Source: the human T2T-CHM13v2.0 reference genome, Homo sapiens
Direction: 5' to 3' (one strand)
Assembly: GCF_009914755.1 (NCBI RefSeq)
Contig: NC_060943.1
DNA length: 64,000 bases
Shown one piece after another: positions 40,901 through 55,900 of the stretch. Under the pieces are notes generated by a model. It made no database searches, had not been told where the DNA came from, and saw only the letters and a program-made list of their open reading frames with translations. The position numbers and the translations under genes are program-made. Every line of letters begins with the position of its first letter. The stretch's first letter is position 1.

Positions 40901-43900
40901 AACCTTTCTTTTCATAGAGCAGTTGGGAAACACTCTGTTTGTAAAGTCTGCAAGTGGATATTCAGACTTCTTTGAGGCCTTCGTTGGAAGCGAGATTTCT
41001 TCATATTCTGCTAGACAGAAGAATTCTCAGTAACTGCCTTGTGTTGTGTGTATTCAACTCACAGAGTTGAACGATCCTTTACACAGAGCAGACTTGAAAC
41101 ACTCTTTTTGTGGAATTTGCAAGTGGAGATTTCAGCCGCTTTGAGGTCAATGGTAGAATAGGAAATATCTTCCTATAGAAACTAGACAGAATGATTCTCA
41201 GAAACTCCTTTGTGATGTGTGCGTTCAACTCACAGAGTTTAACCTTTCTTTTCATAGAGCAGTTAGGAAACACTCTGTTTGTAAAGTCTGCAAGTGGATA
41301 TTCAGACCTCCTTGAGGCCTTCGTTGGAAACGGGATTTCTTCATATTATGCTAGACAGAAGAATTCTCAGTAACTTCCTTGTGTTGTGTGTATTCAACTC
41401 ACAGAGTTGAACGATCCTTTACACAGAGCAGACTTGAAACACTCTTTTTGTGGAATTTGCAAGTGGAGATTTCAGCCGCTTTGAGGTCAATGGTAGAATA
41501 GGAAATATCTTCCTATAGAAACTAGACAGAATGATTCTCAGAAACTCCTTTGTGATGTGTGCGTTCAACTCACAGAGTTCAACCTTTCTTTTCATAGAGC
41601 AGTTGGGAAACACTCTGTTTGTAAAGTCTGCAAGTGGATATTCAGACTTCTTTGAGGCCTTCGTTGGAAGCGGGATTTCTTCATGTTCTGCTAGACAGAA
41701 GAATTCTCAGAAACTTCCTTGTGTTGTGTGTTTTCAACTCACAGAGTTGAACGATCCTTTACACAGAGCAGACTTGAAACACTCCTTTTGTGGAATTTGC
41801 AAGTGGAGATTTCAGCCGCTTTGAGGTCAATGGTAGAATAGGAAATATCTTCCTATAGAAAGTAGACAGAATGATTCTCAGAAACTCCTTTGTGATGTGT
41901 GCGTTCAACTCACAGAGTTTAACCTTTCTTTTCATAGAGCAGTTAGGAAACACTCTGTTTGTAAAGTCTGGAAGTGGATATTCAGACCTCCTTGAGGCCT
42001 TCGTTGGAAACAGGATTTCTTCATATTCTGCTAGACAGAAGAATTCTCAGTAACTTCCTTGTGTTGTGTGTATTCAACTCACAGAGTTGAACGATCCTTT
42101 ACACAGTGCAGACTTGAAACACTCTTTTTGTGGAATTTGCAAGTGGAGATTTCAGCCGCTTTGAGTTCAATGGTAGAATAGGAAATATCTTCCTATAGAA
42201 ACTAGACAGAATGATTCTCATAACTCCTTTGTGATGTGTGCGTTCAACTCACAGAGTTCAACCTTTCTTTTCATAGAGCAGTTGGGAAACACTCTGTTTG
42301 TAAAGTCTGCAAGTGGATATTCAGACTTCTTTGAGGCCTTCGTTGGAAACGGGATTTCTTCATATTATGCTAGACAGAAGAATTCTCAGTAACTTCCTTG
42401 TGTTGTGTGTATTCAACTCACAGAGTTGAACGATCCTTTACACAGAGCAGACTTGAAACACTCTTTTTGTGGAATTTGCAAGTGGAGATTTCAGCCGCTT
42501 TGAGGTCAATGGTAGAATAGGAAATATCTTCCTATAGAAACTAGACAGAATGATTCTCAGAAACTCCTTTGTGATGTGTGCGTTCAACTCACAGAGTTCA
42601 ACCTTTCTTTTCATAGAGCAGTTGGGAAACACTCTGTTTGTAAAGTCTGCAAGTGGATATTCAGACTTCTTTGAGGCCTTCGTTGGAAGCGGGATTTCTT
42701 CATATTCTGCTAGACAGAAGAATTCTCAGTAACTGCCTTGTGTTGTGTGTATTCAACTCACAGAGTTGAACGATCCTTTACACAGAGCAGACTTGAAACA
42801 CTCTTTTTGTGGAATTTGCAAGTGGAGATTTCAGCCGCTTTGAGGTCAATGGTAGAATAGGAAATATCTTCCTATAGAAACTAGACAGAATGATTCTCAG
42901 AAACTCCTTTGTGATGTGTGCGTTCAACTCACAGAGTTTACCCTTTCTTTTCATAGAGCAGTTAGGAAACACTCTGTTTGTAAAGTCTGCAAGTGGATAT
43001 TCAGACATCCTTGAGGCTTTCGTTGGAAACGGGATTTCTTCATATTCTGCCAGAAAGAAGAATTCTCAGTAACTTCCTTGTGTTGTGTGTATTCAACTCA
43101 CAGAGTTGAACGATCCTTTACACAGAGCAGACTTGAAACACTCTTTTTGTGGAATTTGCAAGTGGAGATTTCAGCCGCTTTGAGGTCAATGGTAGAATAG
43201 GAAATATCTTCCTATAGAAACTAGACAGAATGATTCTCAGAAACTCCTTTGTGATGTGTGCGTTCAACTCACAGAGTTTAACCTTTCTTTTCATAGAGCA
43301 GTTAGGAAACACTCTGTTTGTAAAGTCTGCAAGTGGATATTCAGACATCCTTGAGGCTTTCGTTGGAAACGGGATTTCTTCATATTCTGCTAGAAAGAAG
43401 AATTCCCAGTAACTTCCTTGTGTTGTGTGTATTCAACTCACAGAGTTGAACGATCCTTTACACAGAGCAGACTTGAAACACTCTTTTTGTGGAATTTGCA
43501 AGTGGAGATTTCAGCCGCTTTGAGGTCAATGGTAGAATAGGAAATATCTTCCTATAGAAACTAGACAGAATGATTCTCAGAAACTCCTTTGTGATGTGTG
43601 CGTTCAACTCACACAGTTTAACTTTTCTTTTCATAGAGCAGTTAGGAAACACTCTGTTTGTAAAGTCTGCAAGTGGATATTCAGACCTCCTTGAGGCCTT
43701 CTTTGGAAACGGGATTTCTTCATATTATGCTAGACAGAAGAATTCTCAGGAACTTCCTTGTGTTGTGTGTATTCAACTCACAGAGTTGAACGATCCTTTA
43801 CACAGAGCAGACTTGAAACACTCTTTTTGTGGAATTTGCAAGTGGAGATTTCAGCCGCTTTGAGTTCAATGGTAGAATAGGAAATATCTTCCTATAGAAA

Positions 43901-46900
43901 GTACACAGAATGATTCTCAGAAACTGCTTTGTGATGTGTGCGTTCAACTCACAGAGTTCAACCTTTCTTTTCATAGAGCAGTTGGGAAACACTCTGTTTG
44001 TAAAGTCTGCAAGTGGATATTCAGACTTCTTTGAGGCCTTCGTTGGAAGCGGGATTTCTTCATATTCTGCTAGACAGAAGAATTCTCAGTAACTTCCTTG
44101 TGTTGTGTGTATTCAACTCACAGAGTTGAACGATCCTTTACACAGAGCAGACTTGAAACACTCTTTTTGTGGAATTTGCAAGTGGAGATTTCAGCCGCTT
44201 TGAGGTCAATGGTAGAATAGGAAATATCTTCCTATAGAAACTAGACAGAATGATTCTCAGAAACTCCTTTGTGATGTGTGCGTTCAACTCACAGAGTTCA
44301 ACCTTTCTTTTCATAGAGCAGTTGGGAAACACTCTGTTTGTAAAGTCTGCAAGTGGATATTCAGACTTCTTTGAGGCCTTCGTTGGAAGCGGGATTTCTT
44401 CATGTTCTGCTAGACAGAAGAATTCTCAGAAACTTCCTTGTGTTGTGTGTTTTCAACTCACGGAGTTGAACGATCCTTTACACAGAGCAGACTTGAAACA
44501 CTCCTTTTGTGGAATTTGCAAGTGGAGATTTCAGCCGCTTTGAGGTCAATGGTAGAATAGGAAATATCTTCCTATAGAAAGTAGACAGAATGATTCTCAG
44601 AAACTCCTTTGTGATGTGTGCGTTCAACTCACAGAGTTTAACCTTTCTTTTCATAGAGCAGTTAGGAAACACTCTGTTTGTAAAGTCTGCAAGTGGATAT
44701 TCAGACCTCCTTGAGGCCTTCGTTGGAAACAGGATTTCTTCATATTCTGCTAGACAGAAGAATTCTCAGTAACTTCCTTGTGTTGTGTGTATTCAACTCA
44801 CAGAGTTGAACGATCCTTTACACAGAGCAGACTTGAAACACTCTTTTTGTGGAATTTGCAAGTGGAGATTTCAGCCGCTTTGAGGTCAATGGTAGAATAG
44901 GAAATATCTTCCTATAGAAACTAGACAGAATGATTCTCAGAAACTCCTTTGTGATGTGTGCGTTCAACTCACAGAGTTCAACCTTTCTTTTCATAGACCA
45001 GTTGGGAAACACTCTGTTTGTAAAGTCTGCAAGTGGATATTCAGACTTCTTTGAGGCCTTCGTTGGAAGCGGGATTTCTTCATATTCTGCTAGACAGAAG
45101 AATTCTCAGTAACTGCCTTGTGTTGTGTGTATTCAACTCACAGAGTTGAACGATCCTTTACACAGAGCAGACTTGAAACACTCTTTTTGTGGAATTTGCA
45201 AGTGGAGATTTCAGCCGCTTTGAGGTCAATGGTAGAATAGGAAATATCTTCCTATAGAAACTAGACAGAATGATTCTCAGAAACTCCTTTGTGATGTGTG
45301 CGTTCAACTCACAGAGTTTACCCTTTCTTTTCATAGAGCAGTTAGGAAACACTCTGTTTGTAAAGTCTGCAAGTGGATATTCAGACATCCTTGAGGCTTT
45401 CGTTGGAAACGGGATTTCTTCATATTCTGCCAGAAAGAAGAATTCTCAGTAACTTCCTTGTGTTGTGTGTATTCAACTCACAGAGTTGAACGATCCTTTA
45501 CACAGAGCAGACTTGAAACACTCTTTTTGTGGAATTTGCAAGTGGAGATTTCAGCCGCTTTGAGGTCAATGGTAGAATAGGAAATATCTTCCTATAGAAA
45601 CTAGACAGAATGATTCTCAGAAACTCCTTTGTGATGTGTGCGTTCAACTCACAGAGTTTAACCTTTCTTTTCATAGAGCAGTTAGGAAACACTCTGTTTG
45701 TAAAGTCTGCAAGTGGATATTCAGACATCCTTGAGGCTTTCGTTGGAAACGGGATTTCTTCATGTTCTGCTAGAAAGAAGAATTCCCAGTAACTTCCTTG
45801 TGTTGTGTGTATTCAACTCACAGAGTTGAACGATCCTTTGCACAGAGCAGACTTGAAACACTCTTTTTGTGGAATTTGCAAGTGGAGATTTCAGCCGCTT
45901 TGAGGTCAATGGTAGAATAGGAAATATCTTCCTATAGAAACTAGACAGAATGATTCTCAGAAACTCCTTTGTGATGTGTGCGTTCAACTCACACAGTTTA
46001 ACCTTTCTTTTCATAGAGCAGTTAGGAAACACTCTGTTTGTAAAGTCTGCAAGTGGATATTCAGACCTCCTTGAGGCCTTCGTTGGAAACGGGATTTCTT
46101 CATATTATGCTAGACAGAAGAATTCTCAGGAACTTCCTTGTGTTGTGTGTATTCAACTCACAGAGTTGAACGATCCTTTACACAGAGCAGACTTGAAACA
46201 CTCTTTTTGTGGAATTTGCAAGTGGAGATTTCAGCCGCTTTGAGTTCAATGGTAGAATAGGAAATATCTTCCTATAGAAAGTACACAGAATGATTCTCAG
46301 AAACTGCTTTGTGATGTGTGCGTTCAACTCACAGAGTTCAACCTTTCTTTTCATAGAGCAGTTGGGAAACACTCTGTTTGTAAAGTCTGCAAGTGGATAT
46401 TCAGACTTCTTTGAGGCCTTCGTTGGAAGCGGGATTTCTTCATATTCTGCTAGACAGAAGAATTCTCAGTAACTTCCTTGTGTTGTGTGTATTCAACTCA
46501 CAGAGTTGAACGATCCTTTACACAGAGCAGACTTGAAACACTCTTTTTGTGGAATTTGCAAGTGGAGATTTCAGCCGCTTTGAGGTCAATGGTAGAATAG
46601 GAAATATCTTCCTATAGAAACTAGACAGAATGATTCTCAGAAACTCCTTTGTGATGTGTGCGTTCAACTCACAGAGTTCAACCTTTCTTTTCATAGAGCA
46701 GTTGGGAAACACTCTGTTTGTAAAGTCTGCAAGTGGATATTCAGACTTCTTTGAGGCCTTCGTTGGAAGCGGGATTTCTTCATGTTCTGCTAGACAGAAG
46801 AATTCTCAGAAACTTCCTTGTGTTGTGTGTTTTCAACTCACAGAGTTGAACGATCCTTTACACAGAGCAGACTTGAAACACTCCTTTTGTGGAATTTGCA

Positions 46901-49900
46901 AGTGGAGATTTCAGCCGCTTTGAGGTCAATGGTAGAATAGGAAATATCTTCCTATAGAAAGTAGACAGAATGATTCTCAGAAACTCCTTTGTGATGTGTG
47001 CGTTCAACTCACAGAGTTTAACCTTTCTTTTCATAGAGCAGTTAGGAAACACTCTGTTTGTAAAGTCTGCAAGTGGATATTCAGACCTCCTTGAGGCCTT
47101 CGTTGGAAACAGGATTTCTTCATATTCTGCTAGACAGAAGAATTCTCAGTAACTTCCTTGTGTTGTGTGTATTCAACTCACAGAGTTGAACGATCCTTTA
47201 CACAGAGCAGACTTGAAACACTCTTTTTGTGGAATTTGCAAGTGGAGATTTCAGCCGCTTTGAGTTCAATGGTAGAATAGGAAATATCTTCCTATACAAA
47301 CTAGACAGAATGATTCTCATAACTCCTTTGTGATGTGTGCGTTCAACTCACAGAGTTCAACCTTTCTTTTCATGGAGCAGTTGGGAAACACTCTGTTTGT
47401 AAAGTCTGCAAGTGGATATTCAGACTTCTTTGAGGCCTTCGTTGGAAGCGGGATTTCTTCATATTCTGCTAGACAGAAGAATTCTCAGTAACTGCCTTGT
47501 GTTGTGTGTATTCAACTCACAGAGTTGAACGATCCTTTACACAGAGCAGACTTGAAACACTCTTTTTGTGGAATTTGCAAGTGGAGATTTCAGCCGCTGT
47601 GAGGTCAATGGTAGAATAGGAAATATCTTCCTATAGAAACTAGACAGAATGATTCTCAGAAACTCCTTTGTGATGTGTGCGTTCAACTCACAGAGTTCAA
47701 CCTTTCTTTTCATAGAGCAGTTGGGAAACACTCTGTTTGTAAAGTCTGCAAGTGGATATTCAGACTTCTTTGAGGCCTTCGTTGGAAGCGGGATTTCTTC
47801 ATATTCTGCTAGACAGAAGAATTCTCAGTAACTGCCTTGTGTTGTGTGTATTCAACTCACAGAGTTGAACGATCCTTTACACAGAGCAGACTTGAAACAC
47901 TCTTTTTGTGGAATTTGCAAGTGGAGATTTCAGCCGCTTTGAGGTCAATGGTAGAATAGGAAATATCTTCCTATAGAAACTAGACAGAATGATTCTCAGA
48001 AACTCCTTTGTGATGTGTGCGTTCAACTCACAGAGTTTAACCTTTCTTTTCATAGAGCAGTTAGGAAACACTCTGTTTGTAAAGTCTGCAAGTGGATATT
48101 CAGACATCCTTGAGGCTTTCGTTGGAAACGGGATTTCTTCATATTCTGCTAGAAAGAAGAATTCTCAGTAACTTCCTTGTGTTGTGTGTATTCAACTCAC
48201 AGAGTTGAACGATCCTTTACACAGAGCAGACTTGAAACACTCTTTTTGTGGAATTTGCAAGTGGAGATTTCAGCCGCTTTGAGGTCAATGGTAGAATAGG
48301 AAATATCTTCCTATAGAAACTAGACAGAATGATTCTCAGAAACTCCTTTGTGATGTGTGCGTTCAACTCACAGAGTTTAACCTTTCTTTTCATAGAGCAG
48401 TTGGGAAACACTCTGTTTGTAAAGTCTGCAAGTGGATATTCAGACATCCTTGAGGCTTTCGTTGGAAAAGGGATTTCTTCATATTCTGCTAGAAAGAAGA
48501 ATTCTCAGTAACTTCCTTGTGTTGTGTGTTTTCAACTCACAGAGTTGAACGATCCTTTACACAGAGCAGACTTGAAACACTCCTTTTGTGGAATTTGCAA
48601 GTGGAGATTTCAGCCGCTTTGAGGTCAATGGTAGAATAGGAAATATCTTCCTATAGAAACTAGACAGAATGATTCTCAGAAACTCCTTTGTGATGTGTGC
48701 GTTCAACTCACAGAGTTCAACCTTTCTTTTCATAGAGCAGTTGGGAAACACTCTGTTTGTAAAGTCTGCAAGTGGATATTCAGACTTCTTTGAGGCCTTC
48801 GTTGGAAGCGGGATTTCTTCATGTTCTGCTAGACAGAAGAATTCTCAGAAACTTCCTTGTGTTGTGTGTTTTCAACTCACAGAGTTGAACGATCCTTTAC
48901 ACAGAGCAGACTTGAAACACTCCTTTTGTGGAATTTGCAAGTGGAGATTTCAGCCGCTTTGAGGTCAATGGTAGAATAGGAAATATCTTCCTATAGAAAC
49001 TAGACAGAATGATTCTCATAACTCCTTTGTGATGTGTGCGTTCAACTCACAGAGTTCAACCTTTCTTTTCATAGAGCAGTTGGGAAACACTCTGTTTGTA
49101 AAGTCTGCAAGTGGATATTCAGTCTTCTTTGAGGCCTTCGTTGGAAGCGGGATTTCTTCATATTCTGCTAGACAGAAGAATTCTCAGTAACTGCCTTGTG
49201 TTGTGTGTATTCAACTCACAGAGTTGAACGATCCTTTACACAGAGCAGACTTGAAACACTCTTTTTGTGGAATTTGCAAGTGGAGATTTCAGCCGCTTTG
49301 AGGTCAATGGTAGAATAGGAAATATCTTCCTATAGAAACTAGACAGAATGATTCTCAGAAACTCCTTTGTGATGTGTGCGTTCAACTCACAGAGTTCAAC
49401 CTTTCTTTTCATAGAGCAGTTGGGAAACACTCTGTTTGTAAAGTCTGCAAGTGGATATTCAGACTTCTTTGAGGCCTTCGTTGGAAGCGGGATTTCTTCA
49501 TGTTCTGCTAGACAGAAGAATTCTCAGAAACTTCCTTGTGTTGTGTGTTTTCAACTCACAGAGTTGAACGATCCTTTACACAGAGCAGACTTGAAACACT
49601 CCTTTTGTGGAATTTGCAAGTGGAGATTTCAGCCGCTTTGAAGTCAATGGTAGAATAGGAAATATCTTCCTATAGAAAGTACACAGAATGATTCTCAGAA
49701 ACTCCTTTGTGATGTGTGCGTTCAACTCACAGAGTTTAACCTTTCTTTTCATAGAGCAGTTAGGAAACACTCTGTTTGTAAACTCTGCAAATGGATATTC
49801 AGACCTCCTTGAGGCCTTCGTTGGAAACAGGATTTCTTCATATTCTGCTAGACAGAAGAATTCTCAGTAACTGCCTTGTGTTGTGTGTATTCAACTCACA

Positions 49901-52900
49901 GAGTTGAACGATCCTTTACACAGAGCAGACTTGAAACACTCTTTTTGTGGAATTTGCAAGTGGAGATTTCAGCCGCTTTGAGGTCAATGGTAGAATAGGA
50001 AATATCTTCCTATAGAAACTAGACAGAATGATTCTCAGAAACTCCTTTGTGATGTGTGCGTTCAACTCACAGAGTTTACCCTTTCTTTTCATAGAGCAGT
50101 TAGGAAACACTCTGTTTGTAAAGTCTGCAAGTGGATATTCAGACATCCTTGAGGCTTTCGTTGGAAACGGGATTTCTTCATATTCTGCCAGAAAGAAGAA
50201 TTCTCAGTAACTTCCTTGTGTTGTGTGTATTCAACTCACAGAGTTGAACGATCCTTTACACAGAGCAGACTTGAAACACTCTTTTTGTGGAATTTGCAAG
50301 TGGAGATTTCAGCCGCTTTGAGGTCAATGGTAGAATAGGAAATATCTTCCTATAGAAACTAGACAGAATGATTCTCAGAAACTCCTTTGTGATGTGTGCG
50401 TTCAACTCACAGAGTTTAACCTTTCTTTTCATAGAGCAGTTAGGAAACACTCTGTTTGTAAAGTCTGCAAGTGGATATTCAGACCTCCTTGAGGCCTTCG
50501 TTGGAAACGGGATTTCTTCATATTATGCTAGACAGAAGAATTCTCAGTAACTTCCTTGTGTTGTGTGTATTCAACTCACAGAGTTGAACGATCCTTTACA
50601 CAGAGCAGACTTGAAACACTCTTTTTGTGGAATTTGCAAGTGGAGATTTCAGCCGCTTTGAGGTCAATGGTAGAATAGGAAATATCTTCCTATAGAAACT
50701 AGACAGAATGATTCTCAGAAACTCCTTTGTGATGTGTGCGTTCAACTCACAGAGTTCAACCTTTCTTTTCATAGAGCAGTTGGGAAACACTCTGTTTGTA
50801 AAGTCTGCAAGTGGATATTCAGACTTCTTTGAGGCCTTCGTTGGAAGCGGGATTTCTTCATATTCTGCTAGACAGAAGAATTCTCAGTAACTTCCTTGTG
50901 TTGTGTGTATTCAACTCACAGAGTTGAACGATCCTTTACACAGAGCAGACTTGAAACACTCTTTTTGTGGAATTTGCAAGTGGAGATTTCAGCCGCTTTG
51001 AGGTCAATGGTAGAATAGGAAATATCTTCCTATAGAAACTAGACAGAATGATTCTCAGAAACTCCTTTGTGATGTGTGCGTTCAACTCACAGAGTTCAAC
51101 CTTTCTTTTCATAGAGCAGTTGGGAAACACTCTGTTTGTAAAGTCTGCAAGTGGATATTCAGACTTCTTTGAGGCCTTCGTTGGAAGCGGGATTTCTTCA
51201 TATTCTGCTAGACAGAAGAATTCTCAGTAACTGCCTTGTGTTGTGTGTATTCAACTCACAGAGTTGAACGATCCTTTACACAGAGCAGACTTGAAACACT
51301 CTTTTTGTGGAATTTGCAAGTGGAGATTTCAGCCGCTTTGAGGTCAATGGTAGAATAGGAAATATCTTCCTATAGAAACTAGACAGAATGATTCTCAGAA
51401 ACTCCTTTGTGATGTGTGCGTTCAACTCACAGAGTTTACCCTTTCTTTTCATAGAGCAGTTAGGAAACACTCTGTTTGTAAAGTCTGCAAGTGGATATTC
51501 AGACATCCTTGAGGCTTTCGTTGGAAACGGGATTTCTTCATATTCTGCCAGAAAGAAGAATTCTCAGTAACTTCCTTGTGTTGTGTGTATTCAACTCACA
51601 GAGTTGAACGATCCTTTACACAGAGCAGACTTGAAACACTCTTTTTGTGGAATTTGCAAGTGGAGATTTCAGCCGCTTTGAGGTCAATGGTAGAATAGGA
51701 AATATCTTCCTATAGAAACTAGACAGAATGATTCTCAGAAACTCCTTTGTGATGTGTGCGTTCAACTCACAGAGTTTAACCATTCTTTTCATAGAGCAGT
51801 TAGGAAACACTCTGTTTGTAAAGTCTGCAAGTGGATATTCAGACATCCTTGAGGCTTTCGTTGGAAACGGGATTTCTTCATATTCTGCTAGAAAGAAGAA
51901 TTCTCAGTAACTTCCTTGTGTTGTGTGTATTCAACTCACAGAGTTGAACGATCCTTTACACAGAGCAGACTTGAAACACTCTTTTTGTGGAATTTGCAAG
52001 TGGAGATTTCAGCCGCTTTGAGGTCAATGGTAGAATAGGAAATATCTTCCTATAGAAACTAGACAGAATGATTCTCAGAAACTCCTTTGTGATGTGTGCG
52101 TTCAACTCACAGAGTTTAACCTTTCTTTTCATAGAGCAGTTGGGAAACACTCTGTTTGTAAAGTCTGCAAGTGGATATTCAGACATCCTTGAGGCTTTCG
52201 TTGGAAACGGGATTTCTTCATATTCTGCCAGAAAGAAGAATTCTCAGTAACTTCCTTGTGTTGTGTGTATTCAACTCACAGAGTTGAACGATCCTTTACA
52301 CAGAGCAGACTTGAAACACTCTTTTTGTGGAATTTGCAAGTGGAGATTTCAGCCGCTTTGAGGTCAATGGTAGAATAGGAAATATCTTCCTATAGAAACT
52401 AGACAGAATGATTCTCAGAAACTCCTTTGTGATGTGTGCGTTCAACTCACACAGTTTAACCTTTCTTTTCATAGAGCAGTTAGGAAACACTCTGTTTGTA
52501 AAGTCTGCAAGTGGATATTCAGACCTCCTTGAGGCCTTCGTTGGAAACGGGATTTCTTCATATTATGCTAGACAGAAGAATTCTCAGTAACTTCCTTGTG
52601 TTGTGTGTATTCAACTCACAGAGTTGAACGATCCTTTACACAGAGCAGACTTGAAACACTCCTTTTGTGGAATTTGCAAGTGGAGATTTCAGCCGCTTTG
52701 AGGTCAATGGTAGAATAGGAAATATCTTCCTATAGAAAGTAGACAGAATGATTCTCAGAAACTCCTTTGTGATGTGTGCGTTCAACTCACAGAGTTTAAC
52801 CTTTCTTTTCATAGAGCAGTTAGGAAACACTCTGTTTGTAAAGTCTGCAAGTGGATATTCAGACCTCCTTGAGGCCTTCGTTGGAAACGGGATTTCTTCA

Positions 52901-55900
52901 TATTATGCTAGACAGAAGAATTCTCAGTAACTTCCTTGTGTTGTGTGTATTCAACTCACAGAGTTGAACGATCCTTTACACAGAGCAGACTTGAAACACT
53001 CTTTTTGTGGAATTTGCAAGTGGAGATTTCAGCCGCTTTGAGTTCAATGGTAGAATAGGAAATATCTTCCTATAGAAACTAGACAGAATGATTCTCAGAA
53101 ACTCCTTTGTGATGTGTGCGTTCACCTCACAGAGTTCAACCTTTCTTTTCATAGAGCAGTTGGGAAACACTCTGTTTGTAAAGTCTGCAAGTGGATATTC
53201 AGACTTCTTTGAGGCCTTCGTTGGAAGCGAGATTTCTTCATATTCTGCTAGACAGAAGAATTCTCAGTAACTGCCTTGTGTTGTGTGTATTCAACTCACA
53301 GAGTTGAACGATCCTTTACACAGAGCAGACTTGAAACACTCTTTTTGTGGAATTTGCAAGTGGAGATTTCAGCCGCTTTGAGGTCAATGGTAGAATAGGA
53401 AATATCTTCCTATAGAAACTAGACAGAATGATTCTCAGAAACTCCTTTGTGATGTGTGCGTTCAACTCACAGAGTTTAACCTTTCTTTTCATAGAGCAGT
53501 TAGGAAACACTCTGTTTGTAAAGTCTGCAAGTGGATATTCAGACCTCCTTGAGGCCTTCGTTGGAAACGGGATTTCTTCATATTATGCTAGACAGAAGAA
53601 TTCTCAGTAACTTCCTTGTGTTGTGTGTATTCAACTCACAGAGTTGAACGATCCTTTACACAGAGCAGACTTGAAACACTCTTTTTGTGGAATTTGCAAG
53701 TGGAGATTTCAGCCGCTTTGAGGTCAATGGTAGAATAGGAAATATCTTCCTATAGAAACTAGACAGAATGATTCTCAGAAACTCCTTTGTGATGTGTGCG
53801 TTCAACTCACAGAGTTCAACCTTTCTTTTCATAGAGCAGTTGGGAAACACTCTGTTTGTAAAGTCTGCAAGTGGATATTCAGACTTCTTTGAGGCCTTCG
53901 TTGGAAGCGGGATTTCTTCATATTCTGCTAGACAGAAGAATTCTCAGTAACTGCCTTGTGTTGTGTTTATTCAACTCACAGAGTTAAACGATCCTTTACA
54001 CAGAGCAGACTTGAAACACTCTTTTTGTGGAATTTGCAAGTGGAGATTTCAGCCGCTTTGAGGTCAATGGTAGAATAGGAAATATCTTCCTATAGAAACT
54101 AGACAGAATGATTCTCAGAAACTCCTTTGTGATGCGTGCGTTCAACTCACAGAGTTTAACCTTTCTTTTCATAGAGCAGTTAGGAAACACTCTGTTTGTA
54201 AAGTCTGCAAGTGGATATTCAGACATCCTTGAGGCTTTCGTTGGAAACGGGATTTCTTCATATTCTGCTAGAAAGAAGAATTCTCAGTAACTTCCTTGTG
54301 TTGTGTGTATTCAACTCACAGAGTTGAACGATCCTTTACACAGAGCAGACTTGAAACACTCTTTTTGTGGAATTTGCAAGTGGAGATTTCAGCCGCTTTG
54401 AGGTCAATGGTAGAATAGGAAATATCTTCCTATAGAAACTAGACAGAATGATTCTCAGAAACTCCTTTGTGATGTGTGCGTTCAACTCACAGAGTTTAAC
54501 CTTTCTTTTCATAGAGCAGGTGGGAAACACTCTGTTTGTAAAGTCTGCAAGTGGATATTCAGACATCCTTGAGGCTTTCGTTGGAAACGGGATTTCTTCA
54601 TATTATGCTAGACAGAAGAATTCTCAGGAACTTCCTTGTGTTGTGTGTATTCAACTCACAGAGTTGAACGATCCTTTACACAGAGCAGACTTGAAACACT
54701 CTTTTTGTGGAATTTGCAAGTGGAGATTTCAGCCGCTTTGAGTTCAATGGTAGAATAGGAAATGTCTTCCTATAGAAAGTACACAGAATGATTCTCAGAA
54801 ACTGCTTTGTGATGTGTGCGTTCAACTCACAGAGTTCAACCTTTCTTTTCATAGAGCAGTTGGGAAACACTCTGTTTGTAAAGTCTGCAAGTGGATATTC
54901 AGACTTCTTTGAGGCCTTCGTTGGAAGCGGGATTTCTTCATATTCTGCTAGACAGAAGAATTCTCAGTAACTTCCTTGTGTTGTGTGTATTCAACTCACA
55001 GAGTTGAACGATCCTTTACACAGAGCAGACTTGAAACACTCTTTTTGTGGAATTTGCAAGTGGAGATTTCAGCCGCTTTGAGGTCAATGGTAGAATAGGA
55101 AATATCTTCCTATAGAAACTAGACAGAATGATTCTCAGAAACTCCTTTGTGATGTGTGCGTTCAACTCACAGAGTTCAACCTTTCTTTTCATAGAGCAGT
55201 TGGGAAACACTCTGTTTGTAAAGTCTGCAAGTGGATATTCAGACTTCTTTGAGGCCTTCGTTGGAAGCGGGATTTCTTCATGTTCTGCTAGACAGAAGAA
55301 TTCTCAGAAACTTCCTTGTGTTGTGTGTTTTCAACTCACAGAGTTGAACGATCCTTTACACAGAGCAGACTTGAAACACTCCTTTTGTGGAATTTGCAAG
55401 TGGAGATTTCAGCCGCTTTGGGGTCAATGGTAGAATAGGAAATATCTTCCTATAGAAAGTAGACAGAATGATTCTCAGAAACTCCTTTGTGATGTGTGCG
55501 TTCAACTCACAGAGTTTAACCTTTCTTTTCATAGAGCAGTTAGGAAACACTCTGTTTGTAAAGTCTGCAAGTGGATATTCAGACCTCCTTGAGGCCTTCG
55601 TTGGAAACAGGATTTCTTCATATTCTGCTAGACAGAAGAATTCTCAGTAACTTCCTTGTGTTGTGTGTATTCAACTCACAGAGTTGAACGATCCTTTACA
55701 CAGAGCAGACTTGAAACACTCTTTTTGTGGAATTTGCAAGTGGAGATTTCAGCCGCTTTGAGTTCAATGGTAGAATAGGAAATATCTTCCTATAGAAACT
55801 AGACAGAATGATTCTCATAACTCCTTTGTGATGTGTGCGTTCAACTCACAGAGTTCAACCTTTCTTTTCATAGAGCAGTTGGGAAACACTCTGTTTGTAA

